A stretch of DNA of 64,000 nt from Felis catus (GCF_018350175.1 NC_058377.1:61876001-61940000); one strand, 5' to 3'. Shown: positions 1 to 10,668, numbered from the stretch's first letter. Numbers and translations: made by a program. The notes: generated from the sequence alone by a model not told the origin.

Positions 1-563
1 GCTGTACTGTCCGTGGACGCTGGTTTTGTCTCCTGGGTTAGATTGTGACTAATACATACATTTCAGTACTGAATACTGCATTCTGAGCCCAGGCCAGGAT
101 GTGGAGACGCTGTGCTGCTCTGGAACACTGGGATCCTTCTCTGGGAGGACTTGTGTTATATTTGGAAATACAAGTGAATCCCTTGCCATCAATGTGAAAG
201 GACCCTTATAAGAAAGTAAGGCATAGGGTGGGAGTACTGAAGCACATATTATACAAATAATCAGAAACAAACTGAACAGAACAGACACTAAAACTTCACA
301 GATGCTTAAACAAGAAACACATTCACAATATCTTCATCAAATAGAGCAGGGATCATGAGTTCATTCATTCAGCAAATGCTTATTGTGTACCTACTGGTAT
401 GCTACAATATTTCAAATAATGTAAAAAAGTAAATTAATTAATTAATTAATAAAGTAGGCACAATTGTGAACAAACTAGTTAAGGATCATAATGCTGGTGT
501 TTCTCTTTTAGTGGTGATGACAGACAGCAAAGAGTAATAAGATAATTTCAGAGCATGCAAAGT

Positions 564-747
564 GAGAGAGAGAGAGTATGCGCATGCGCACAGGTGAGGG
601 ATAGACAGAGGGAGAGAGAGAATCCCAAGCAGGCTCCGTTCTGTCAGCATGGAGCCTGATGTGGGGCTCAATCTTATTACCCGTGAGATTATGACCTAAG
701 CTGAAACACAGTCAGCCACTCAACTGACTGAGCCACACAGGTGCCCC
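564..747 (-). mobile_element. CAN-SINE lacking its A-tail (unit A only)
   Basis: SINE head rc(ggggcacctgtgtggctcag) at 728-747 and the CT-rich segment. The tail side abuts a deletion junction at ~564. Confidence 0.85.
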
Positions 748-759
748 ACAGGCTATTTT

Positions 760-1095
760 AAATAATGCAGATAAGGTAGGAATGCATGTAGCTTTAAAAA
801 TGAGTGTTTGGGTTTGTTTTGTTTTGTTTTTCGTAAACAGTAGTGGAATTACTGGATCATATGGTATTTCTATTTTAGATTTTTGGAAGAATTTCATGCT
901 GTTTTCCACAGTGGCTGTACTGATTTGTATTTCCACCTACAGTGCACAAGGCTTCCTTTCTCTCCACATCATTACCAATACTTTCTATTTCTTGACGTTT
1001 TAATTCTAGGCATCTGGTAGGTGTAAAGTGATATTTTCCTGTGGTTTTGATTTGCAATAACCTAATGATTAGTGATGTTGGACAAATGTGATGTG
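760..1095 (-). mobile_element. Old L1 fragment (ORF2 3' region), ortholog of part of the 15.0-15.9 kb L1
   Basis: gctgttttccacagtggctgtac...gatattttcctgtggttttgatttgca matches the L1 antisense consensus. Confidence 0.75.
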
Positions 1096-2022
1096 TTTCA
1101 TTGCCACATTGAGTTCATAACTTAATGACATAGGGATTGTTTGTTATTTTAATATGCTGAGGGTATTTTGGTAATCTTTTATATATCAATTGACACTGAT
1201 ATGGATGCAGAATTCCTATTCCAGACTATGAAAGATGTATTCAAGTATAGGTATAGACTAAACACATAACAGTGGTCTTCGGCTAATTGATTTATTGTTT
1301 CGCATTTTATTGAACAAATATTATTGATCCCCCAAGATATAGTAGAGGGAAATGACAACCAGACTCCTTCCTTCTTCATAGACCCTAAAGAGAGTTTTGT
1401 GGTGACAGCCTGACAAAATTGTGAGTAAATCCCCTCATTGACAATACCAGAAACATTCCAGGTATAATAAAGGAAAAGGAAGTAATTGGCAAAAATCCAC
1501 TTAGCCAGAGCAAGGTTTGAAATCTTTGGGTGAAAGATTCCAAATCCTGTGTACTATTCTGAAAACAGCTGGTTTCACTGCCTATATTATATTTCATCTC
1601 AGAAAATACTGCTCAATTTCTGAGTTTTAAAGAAAATTTGAAAATGAGTAAATGATGATAAATGGATATGATATCAACTGAGACTACATGTGACAACTGC
1701 TAATTTATGGAAACATCTATAGCTATGTCATGAATAGAGTTCCTCCGTGGGCACACTCCAACCCAAAAGCACTGCCAACTTGCTATAACACAGAGAGCCA
1801 TGCCAGACCCTATAAGACATGCTTTCTGTGATTATGAAGTTGACAATAATGTTATTCATTCATTCTAATGGACAACCAAGACCCAAACACTGGTCTATGT
1901 ACTGGGGATAAAGCAATGATTACAGCTAGGAATGCAAATATGTTTAGGTTGTAAACATTTCAGCAGTATCTGATGATCTACTGAAGAAATGAAAAGAACC
2001 TAGGGTTCTTATGAAAAAGGTC

Positions 2023-2210
2023 GGGGCGCCTGGGTGGCGCAGTCGGTTAAGCGTCCGACATCAGCCAGGTCACGATCTCGTGGTCTGTGAGTTCGAGCCC
2101 CGCGTTGGGCTCTGGGCCGATGGCTCAGAGCCTGGAGCCTGTTTCCGATTCTGTGTCTCCCTCTCTCTCTGCCCCTCCCCCGTTCATGCTCTGTCTCTCT
2201 CTGTCCCAAA

Positions 2211-2268
<58 letters not shown>
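2023..2268 (+). mobile_element. Young felid SINE (SINEC_Fc type) with (GAAA)15 tail; unit A only
   Basis: Head ggggcgcctgggtggcgcagtcgg. TSD gaaaaaggtc at 2013-22 and 2269-78; empty site at 16713-22. Confidence 0.95.
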
Positions 2269-2270
<2 letters not shown>

Positions 2271-2272
2271 AA
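2213..2272 (+). repeat. (GAAA)15 microsatellite
   Basis: Perfect tetranucleotide run forming the SINE tail. Confidence 0.97.
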
Positions 2273-2831
2273 AAGGTCAATGCATTAGGAAAAGAATCAC
2301 AGAGCAGCTAAGCTTATAAGGAATCTTGGCGCTGTGGGATTCAGCAGGAAGGGTTTAGATGGTAGATTTCCGTGCAGAGGAAATGATGTGGCCACAATGA
2401 CAGAAGCACAAAGCACGAAAGAGAGTAGTTAGTGATTCACAATCTGCAGCAGGGTGCAGTAACAACTTTGTCTGAAAAATGTCATAAGTCTAGGAGTAGG
2501 CAGAGATGGTGGGAAAGAGGAACAACTAGGCATTGGCCACACTCAGCTGCAATCCTTGCAGGGGGAGGGTTGTGATAAAGAAAATAGGCATCTCCCAAAT
2601 TGCATAAATACAGCTCAGAAAATAGCCCTTTGAGGAAAGAAACTTCAATCTGCCAGGAGTTTGAGATTGTACACTTACAAGGAGCAGAAATTTAAAATGA
2701 TTTCTCCATATCTCAAAATGGCTAATACATGAGCACAGTGGGTTCTATATCCTAAATGAAAGCGCATGGGGAAATTTTGAATTAATTATCAGGGAACCAG
2801 TTAGCCACATTTCAAACTCCTTCTCAGAATT

Positions 2832-3028
2832 CAGTGGTTCTCCACTGGGGTAATTTATTCCCTCAGGGGCATCATACCTCAGTGTGAGGTATCATACCCT
2901 CAGGGGTGAAGCAGCTGCTGTGTGAAGATCAGGGATGCCACTAAATATGCCACAATGCAGAGGACATCACACTGAAACAAACAGTCATCCAGCTCAAGAT
3001 GGTAATATGGGTGAGATGAAAAATCCTG
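2832..3028 (+). mobile_element. MER20-like hAT DNA element (unit B copy 17275-17489)
   Basis: cagtggttctc...cagggatgccactaaatatgccacaatgcagaggaca...aaaaatcctg matches the recalled MER20 consensus. Confidence 0.7.
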
Positions 3029-4289
3029 CCCTAATTAAAGTGCTAAAAAACAGTTGTGAATTAGAGCTTTTGAATAATGACTGCTGAAGAGATCTGGTGG
3101 GAATTAATGAGTCTTCAGCCCCACGCCACACCCAAGGGAAAGGGATAGGGAAGTACATCCCATTTGAACTTGGGTCAATACAGAGATACCTCAAGGATTC
3201 TACTCAGGAGACATATGTTCCCCCAAAAGTTGGAGAAAGAAAAACATGGCCGACTGGTTCCTGACTCATGCCTCTACATCTACTCTTTTACATCCTTACA
3301 GTTTGCATGACAGACTAATGATGTTCTGAGGAGACTATTTGTTGCAGTACGGGCAGGTTGACCATTTCCTGGATGAGCTGTGTGCTAGAGAGAGCTGTCA
3401 GGGCGTTGCCTTAGCTCCAGTCCACCAGAGCATAGGGCTCTACAGGGGTGATGAGTATTTGGAGGAAGACACAAGCAGTCATACAGAGTAAAGAGACATT
3501 AATTTAAACCAAGTGAAGAAGAAGTAAACTATGGAAAGAGGTTCCACGATAATCTATGAAACACAATGAAAGGGTCAGGTCTAAACATTTCACACACCTA
3601 CTAAACATGACAGCAGCTAAATGAAACACGCATGAATAATGAACCATCCACTTTCCCTTCTCTCTCCTTTCAGAAGAACAAGTCAAAAACCATGGTCAGC
3701 GAGTGAGGGATGGGAGAACAGAAATGGGGTGACTCCGAACCCTGGAAAGTTTGACTATTATGTGAGCCTGGGCATTGTCAATACACACAGGGCTCACCAG
3801 AGGCTGTGTTATCATCTGCAGGGGACCAGAAATCTTAGGAAACTCAGTTTTCATGCAGGGTGGAGGAAAGAACTAGCCTAATTCAATGCAACTAAAGGGG
3901 TCTGAGAAGCAAAATTGGTTATGTTCTGCTCATACATTACTTGTTGGGCTTGGTCAACATTACAAAATCCTGGGATCCCTTAGAAGACAATGAACTCCCC
4001 TCTACCACACCTGCCCATCCTTCACAGATAGTGTCTTGCCCTGGGTAGAGAATTGGACTGGCTCAATAATTGCTGAGTTCTTTTTCAGATACAGGAGCCC
4101 ATGCTTTATTCTCACTGGTCTTTAAGGCTCTCCAGAGACTAAATTCTTTCCGATGCATGTTCAGACACAAAGCCAGCCTCACTTGCTCTCTCCAGAGGCT
4201 TAGAATTAGATAAAAAAGAGCAGGCATGAATTCACTCTAGCAGATACAGAGGAGTGTGTGTGTTGTTCCCCTGGTGACGTTCCTCTGTT

Positions 4290-4304
4290 TGGCTTCTGGT
4301 GAGT
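4290..4304 (+). other. Candidate donor of a 5' non-coding exon of OR51I2-A (copy B GT at 18760)
   Basis: CTG|gtgagt consensus donor, GT at 4299, about 2.8 kb upstream of the CDS and present in both copies. Confidence 0.35.
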
Positions 4305-4449
4305 TCTGCAACCCAATAGTGGGTAGCTAGCTGACTCTTCTGAGGTTTCTTCTAAGAAAGGGTGAAACTGGGTAAGGGGTGGGGAGATAAAGAAGAATAG
4401 AGTGCAGGAAGCTACCAGAATGGAGCTTTTTATTAGAGTGAGCAGAGCA

Positions 4450-4610
4450 GGGGTCCCTGGGTGGCTCAGTTAAGTGCCTGGCTTCAGCTCAAGTCATGAT
4501 CTCACGGCTTGCGAGTTCATGCCCCAAATCAGGCTCTGCACTGACATCTCAGAGCCTGGGGCCTCATTCGGATTCTGTCTCCCTGTCTCTCTGCCCCCAC
4601 TTGTGCTCTC

Positions 4611-4646
<36 letters not shown>

Positions 4647-4674
4647 GAATAAATAATAAACATTAAAAAAAAAC
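4450..4674 (+). mobile_element. CAN-SINE shared by both units (unit A copy)
   Basis: Head, CT run and A-tail present. TSD ttagagtgagcagagca / ttagaatgagcagatca. Confidence 0.92.
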
Positions 4675-5567
4675 TTAGAATGAGCAGATCAGATGCAAAG
4701 TCCGTAGACTTGGGGTTCCCGTTCTGGCTTTGCCACTAACTTGTTAACTCTGGGTCATGCACTGTTTCTCCAGAGAGCTCACGTTGCAGATTCAGTGAAC
4801 TTGGGATCCATGTTCCTATGATTCATTAACATTATAGCAGTTCAGGGTGGAGAATAGGATCAGGGCACAGGCAAATTTCAGAAATCCAGGAAGCAAGGTG
4901 ATCACAAATTACAACACGGATCAAACCCACTGCTGAGCGTGCAGATGTTCAACGTTTGTACTTGTCATATGAATTCTGAGTCAAAGTCTGTAAAAGTCAC
5001 CTGGGAGATTAAAAGTGTAGACAAATCAGCTAGTTCTAAATTTTACAGTGGTTTGGCATAGCCAAGCATGTCTAATCTTTTTCTATTCCTGCTGGTGATC
5101 AGCAGAGCCTCTCTGTTCACTCCCAACTCCTTCTCAGCCTGTCTTTGCCTTCTTGAAGCTCTGTAGCAAACCTTCACAGGCATTCTCTCTTTGACTAGAA
5201 AGTAAAAAGTAAAAGGACTTCAGAGCCATAAAGGATAATATGTGGGAGAACAGTGATAAAGGGGAGGAGACTCGATCTAGACAGAGAACTTGAGCTTCCC
5301 AAGCCCACACGGCCAGGACAAGCCCCATCCAGGGGAAATGCCAGGGCTCCTCACCCCCTCCAGGGCCTGTTCCCCTAAACCACTCTGGCCCCTCTGTGGC
5401 TTCAGAGAAAGGAAAGTTCAGAGCCAGGACAAGGGAACTGGAGTCCCGCGTTGGAGACAAGAACTTCTGCATCTTCTTGGCCACGTGAATCTGCTTTTAG
5501 CCCTTCTCTTTGTTCGATAGTGTCTGAAATCTCCATGCAGAAATGTAAGCTCTGTTTTCCTTCTCAG

Positions 5568-5834
5568 CATCTTCTCCAACACCTCAATGGGTCTCAAAGA
5601 CTGAACTAGACATTAGAGAGTCTTACAGATCCTTACTCAAATGAGGCGTTATCACCTGCTTCCATGGTCTAAGAGGCAGGCTCACTTGGGGGAGCCTCCA
5701 CCTCTGTCATAGATTCACTGGTGACATAGATATAAGTTCCTGGCAGGGTATCTGGCACGTAATGTGCTCAGCAAGGATTGGTTTTCTCTCACTGATTTCT
5801 TTTCTTCACATGCACCCAGACCCCCCCCCACAAG
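5568..5834 (+). other. Candidate internal 5' UTR exon of OR51I2-A (copy B 20045-20312)
   Basis: Strong acceptor ctctgttttccttctcag|c and donor AAG|gtgagc, both conserved in copy B. Confidence 0.35.
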
Positions 5835-7040
5835 GTGAGCCACTACTGGAAATGATAAAGGGTGTGCTCCTGGGGTGTCCGGTAGCCTTTTTCCCACAAA
5901 TGCTACAATTCAGATCCCCACACGCACGATGGCTTTCGCCCTGTCCTGCACAGAATCCTGCTCACTGAAGCCTGTTTTCTTCTGCCTTCTCTTTCTGTTC
6001 CTTTCACTTTTGCTCACTCCTCTTTTTTTTTTTTACCCCAAATTTCTTCAAGGAGGGTTGTATGAAAAATGGTAATTGTAGTCAGGTGGGAGAAAAAAGA
6101 AGTGAATGGGGTGGTTCATTCATAGATCTGAAGCGTCACGTGTCTGGAGTAAGATAGGTGTGCACAGACTCGTCTCTAGGACGCGAAGGGATCCAATCAG
6201 TCACACAGAGAAGTGGCCACTGACTTCTTGAGAATCACAAGGCAATCTGAGCCATATACTACTCCCAAAATTCCAGGAATATTCTGAGTGGTAATGTGGC
6301 ATAGTCCTCATTGGAGCATTTCTGTGGCCTTCAGATACTTGGGTCTCCAAGCTCCTCCACCCTAATCAGCCAGGAATCTAAGATGCTGTGACCTTGCTTT
6401 GTTAGGTTTGGCAGAGGAAAGAGGAAGGGAAAATATTTCTGGAGTTCTTCTCCCAAAGATGGGTGCCTGAACCTGAAACAGTTTTGTCAGACAAGAAGCC
6501 TTTTGGCTGTCACTGTCTTCATCCATCATTAGGGAATGAACATGACAGGGTTTCCAAAATATCAGAATGACAGGAGAATTCAATATGTAAACACTCTCAC
6601 AAAGAAATCATTGTGGCTTAACCTGTAGAACGAGGTCAGTCATGTGTCATTATACAAAAGCTGAGCAATGCAGTACATGAGGCTTTCTATGTGGTGAGGG
6701 GTTAATAGCGTGAGTTATTGATAACTCAAACTGCCAGTGTCCTTTATAATAACTACCCATGAATTGCACTTAACATATTTCTAGTCAAAGTTAAAGTTGC
6801 TTCAGGGACACCTTAAAATGGTAGATAATATTGCTTAATATAACATGACTCAAATGTTTACTTTGTACCTAGTTGATATTTGTGAAGCTTTACCAATGTC
6901 TTCCTTCATTTATAAAACAGAAGGTTACTAGCCACGCCTATAGCCTGATGATCCTACAATATGAAGAAAAGAAGAATGCCTGCGTTTTCCCCTAACCAAT
7001 GATTTCAGGAAGGCATCAGTTTCCACCTGTGTAGACTTTA

Positions 7041-7081
7041 CCCCTGTGTGTCTTACTCCCTGGCTTCTTGCCCTCTAGTAG
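7041..7081 (+). other. Splice acceptor of the OR51I2-A coding exon (tandem TAGTAG)
   Basis: Pyrimidine tract tcttactccctggcttcttgccctc followed by TAG/TAG (AG at 7077-78 and 7080-81), 62-65 nt before the ATG. Identical in copy B (AG at 22431-32 and 22434-35). Confidence 0.6.
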
Positions 7082-7142
7082 GGGCAACTCTCAGAAGTCC
7101 CCAAGTTCCAATCCTGAAAAGTGCCCTGGCCTCCCCCCGACC

Positions 7143-8081
7143 ATGGGACTGTTCAATGTCACTCATCCTGCTTCCTTCCTCCTGACCGGCATCCCTGGTC
7201 TGGAGAGCTCTCACGCCTGGCTAGCAGGGCCCCTCTGTGTCATGTATGCTGTGGCCCTCGGAGGCAACACTGTGATCCTGCAGGCCGTGCGAGTGGAGCC
7301 CAGCCTCCATGAGCCCATGTACTACTTCCTGTCCATGCTGTCCTTCAGTGACGTGGCCATGTCCATGGCCACACTGCCCACCGTGCTCAGAACCTTCTGC
7401 CTCAATGCCCGCAACATTGCCTTCGATGCCTGCCTGATTCAGATGTTTCTCATTCATTCCTTCTCCATGATGGAGTCGGGCATTCTGCTGGCCATGAGCT
7501 TTGATCGCTATGTGGCCATTTGTGATCCCTTGCGTTATGCTGCCGTGCTCACCAATGAAGTCATTGCCAGAATAGGCATAGCTGTGGCTGCTCGGAGCTT
7601 CATCATCCTCCTTCCCCTTCTCTTCCTCTTCAAGAGGCTGCCTATCTGCAGATCCAATGTTCTTTCCCACTCCTACTGCCTTCACCCAGACATGATGAAG
7701 CTGGCCTGTGCTGATATCACTATCAACAGCATCTATGGATTCTTTGTTCTTGTATCTACCTTTGGCATGGACATGTTTCTTATCTTCCTCTCCTATGTGC
7801 TCATTCTGCACTCGGTCATGGCCATCGCTTCCCGAGAGGAACGCCTGAAAGTTCTCAACACATGCGTGTCACATATCTTGGCTGTGCTTGTGTTTTACGT
7901 ACCGATGATTGGGGTCTCCACAGTGCACCGCTTTGGGAAGCATGCCCCGCGCTATGTACATGTCCTCATGTCCAATGTTTACCTCTTTGTACCTCCTGTG
8001 CTCAACCCTCTCATTTACAGCGCCAAGACAAAGGAGATCCGCCGAACCATTGTCCGTATGTTTCGGCACATGAAAACATGA
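7143..8081 (+). CDS. OR51I2: Class I olfactory receptor, OR51I2 copy A (312 aa, intact)
   Basis: ATG at 7143 (accATGg), TGA ends at 8081. OR motifs LHEPMYYFLS, MSFDRYVAICDPLRY, HSYCLHPD, KVLNTCVSH, PPVLNPLIYS; N-glycan site NVT. The N-terminus MGLFNVTHPA matches my recollection of human OR51I2. The ORF-track start at 7068 is a TTG in the intron pyrimidine tract. Confidence 0.95.
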   Translation: MGLFNVTHPASFLLTGIPGLESSHAWLAGPLCVMYAVALGGNTVILQAVRVEPSLHEPMYYFLSMLSFSDVAMSMATLPTVLRTFCLNARNIAFDACLIQMFLIHSFSMMESGILLAMSFDRYVAICDPLRYAAVLTNEVIARIGIAVAARSFIILLPLLFLFKRLPICRSNVLSHSYCLHPDMMKLACADITINSIYGFFVLVSTFGMDMFLIFLSYVLILHSVMAIASREERLKVLNTCVSHILAVLVFYVPMIGVSTVHRFGKHAPRYVHVLMSNVYLFVPPVLNPLIYSAKTKEIRRTIVRMFRHMKT

Positions 8082-8143
8082 CTTTCATGCTTGCCTTTAA
8101 TATCTGATGTTGACTGTAGCCATAAGTCTTCATCTGTGGTGTC

Positions 8144-8186
8144 ATTGTCATCATCATCATCACCATTGCCATCATCATCATCTTCA
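8144..8186 (+). repeat. Imperfect (CAT)n in the OR51I2-A 3' UTR
   Basis: gtcattgtcatcatcatcatcaccattgccatcatcatcatc; shorter in copy B. Confidence 0.8.
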
Positions 8187-10191
8187 TATCACGAACAATG
8201 AGACAGATTGTGTGGTGGGGGAAAAGTAAAAGATCAGGACAGGGAGCTACACAATTTGTACATAAAACATATGAAAGTATATTCACAATATACTCAATGG
8301 CATTCACAGAAAAGTGAAAATCAGGGACACTTGAATGATATGACACAACTTGAAAGGAAGATCCATCTAAACTATTCATTTCCCACACAAAAAAATGTCT
8401 CATTGATGTAGTGATAATTAATACATTAAGACTTTAAAAATGCCAGTATCTGTTAGAAATTACTAATGTTCATTAATTCATGTTACCTTCCCAACAATCT
8501 CATGAGGTGTAAAGAATTAAGTTTGTTTTTCAGAGTAACACAGGTGATAGGTGTCCCAGATGAGACTCAGTCCTTGTCTGTCTCCACTCTGAGTATTCTA
8601 ACCCCTACCAATACTGTCTCTCTGTTGAGTTAGTCTGACTGCTAACATTACCACTGTTGTCCTTCCCTTCACCTCCACTGTTTCAAATTCACCAAGTGAA
8701 ATTTGATGAACGGTCAGAACCTGCCATAAGATATATGAATAAATGGGACTCAGGGGAACTGCTCAAAGCTGAGTCTAGAAGAAACTCCATATCTTCTCTG
8801 TGTCCTTCATCTGCTCACCAATCTGTCCTCCCACAGGGAAAACAATATTCAATATCTGAGCCATAGATCCTTGTACTTTTGGACATTGGACTAAGTAAGT
8901 GCATGATTTCTCTTCATTTTCTTTCCTGAGATTGTAATTGTTTCCCACACTATGAGCTAAGACATGTCAAAAATATGCCTTTCTATGATTTCTAGCTACC
9001 AGGGCTTAGGAAAGGCAGAATAGAGAATTTATGGTTTAGATCTTATAAAATAATTATTTTCAACCTTCTATTAAAATGGTTTTCTTCACACTCTTTCCTT
9101 GATAGCAGGGAATCTCCTTGGCCATACTTGATTGCTCTCAGATGATGTATGTGCTTACATCTAGACTAAATTAAAGGAGGTGCCCTGTGGAGACTGACCT
9201 ACTCACCAAAAATATTGGGTTAGAGACCTCAGCGCAGCTGAGCATAAAGTTATCCAGAGTTTTCTCTCTGTGAAGCTCTCCTGAAGGAATATGAAGGAGA
9301 TGTATCAGGTGCCAGAGGGAGGGACCCATTTCTGAATGGAAACATTTTAAGTATTTGGGATCCCGGTTTCCATATATGCCCATAAGTGAAATACAGGACT
9401 CCTAATGTAAGTGCTCTTATCCACTAAATAAGCTAATTTACAAGCGTGACTGACCACCAATGCTCAGCATGTTTTCAAATGGAAAATAATGAGTCAGACT
9501 GTGGTCTTCAGTCAGTTTAAATAGTGACCTTATTGATTCTTGCAAAAAGCTCTATATTGCCAAATAAAATAATAATAGTAACAATTTGTAATGCCCTGAG
9601 CGCAGTGTTGAGAGAATTTACAAATAAAAAACAAGACTTGGGGAAATTGCCATTGATTCCCATCCTGGAGAGAGAGGGGAAGACAGTCCCTATGACCACA
9701 GACCTGACATTGACAGCCCAGGGTATAAAGGAGAAAGGACAGGGAGCACTGGAATAGGAGTCTCCTCTAAGCGCTGCTGGCTCCTCTCCACTTAATTTCC
9801 TCCCTTCTTTCTCCATCATCAATTAGAAAAGCGGCTTGTCTGAGGGGATAGAGAAAAGGTACTTTTAGGTTTCTCTTCCTCGTATGAGGCAGGTGCCATA
9901 ACATAGAGGCACTCCTGAGTCTTTTATCCTGAGAAGGCCAAAAACAAGCCCAATTTTCTGCTTTACATAGAAACTCTCTTTGCCTCTTTCTTCATAACAA
10001 GCTTTTTTTTTTAACTCAACATTTTTCCCTATTGAAATGGGGAAATACCTGGATTTTGGCCAAGTAATAAGGAACAGAGAGCATTTTATATTTATTTTGG
10101 TTTAGGCCCTTAAAGTCCACCTCAAAAATTAAGTCACCTTAGAAATAAACACTAATCATGGTTCAGCTAAGTTTGGGTGGGGACAATATTG

Positions 10192-10194
<3 letters not shown>

Positions 10195-10230
<36 letters not shown>
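10195..10230 (+). repeat. (TG)18 microsatellite, unit A only
   Basis: Direct read. Confidence 0.97.
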
Positions 10231-10234
<4 letters not shown>

Positions 10235-10263
10235 GCGGGCTAATCTCTGAGTAGCAAAGGTCA

Positions 10264-10616
10264 TGCCGATCAGGGAAAGGGTTAGCAGTAAGCAGGGGTA
10301 GATATGGGACCCTCAGGGAGGCTGACTGTAGCAGTGGCAGGGTTTGGGGGCAAAAAAGGATCAACGCATTCCAGACCTGCCTATGTTAGGCACCATGGAT
10401 GGACTCTCACAAACGGTTCTTGATAAGGTCCAATAAAGAGTCAGGGATAAAAATCCCTGGTGACAGCCCAGTCAGGACCCCTCTCACTCTTGAGAACTTT
10501 GTTACTTTCACTCAATAAACTACCGCTTTGCTCAGTCGTGGCTGTCCGGGAGATTCATTCCTGGACTCAGTGAGACAAGGACCCTAGTGTCTCCCACCTT
10601 GTGGTATAAATTGGCA
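10264..10616 (+). mobile_element. Solo LTR-like element (ERV1-like), unit A only
   Basis: TGCCGA...TTGGCA inverted ends, AATAAA at ~10431 and ~10514, absent from unit B. No TSD found. Confidence 0.6.
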
Positions 10617-10668
10617 TTGCCTGTCAGCGGCTCATATCTCATCCTCCAGGGCCTGTGTGGGGTAGGTC

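Noticed and set aside
2023-2110. tRNA gene calls from A/B-box sequences
   Set aside because: These are tRNA-derived CAN-SINE heads followed by CT tracts, A-tails and TSDs.
2011-2319. KERK-repeat ORFs and other SINE-derived ORFs
   Set aside because: Translations of SINE bodies and the GAAA microsatellite.
5134-5484. 116-aa ORF conserved in both units (19611-19961), and other paired short ORFs
   Set aside because: Conservation just reflects 97-99% DNA identity of the converted tracts; there is no codon-position bias or recognisable domain.
7068-7142. 25-aa N-terminal extension of OR51I2 (also 22422), and similar extensions at 33734 and 58284
   Set aside because: These start at TTG or GTG, in or next to splice-acceptor tracts. 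The first ATG gives the canonical 312-315 aa OR with an N-terminal glycosylation site.
7221-7811. 196-aa antisense ORF (also 22575-23165, 47333-47887, 57604-57999, 33336-33521)
   Set aside because: Shadow ORFs of GC3-rich hydrophobic OR codons. They recur opposite every OR and have no independent features.
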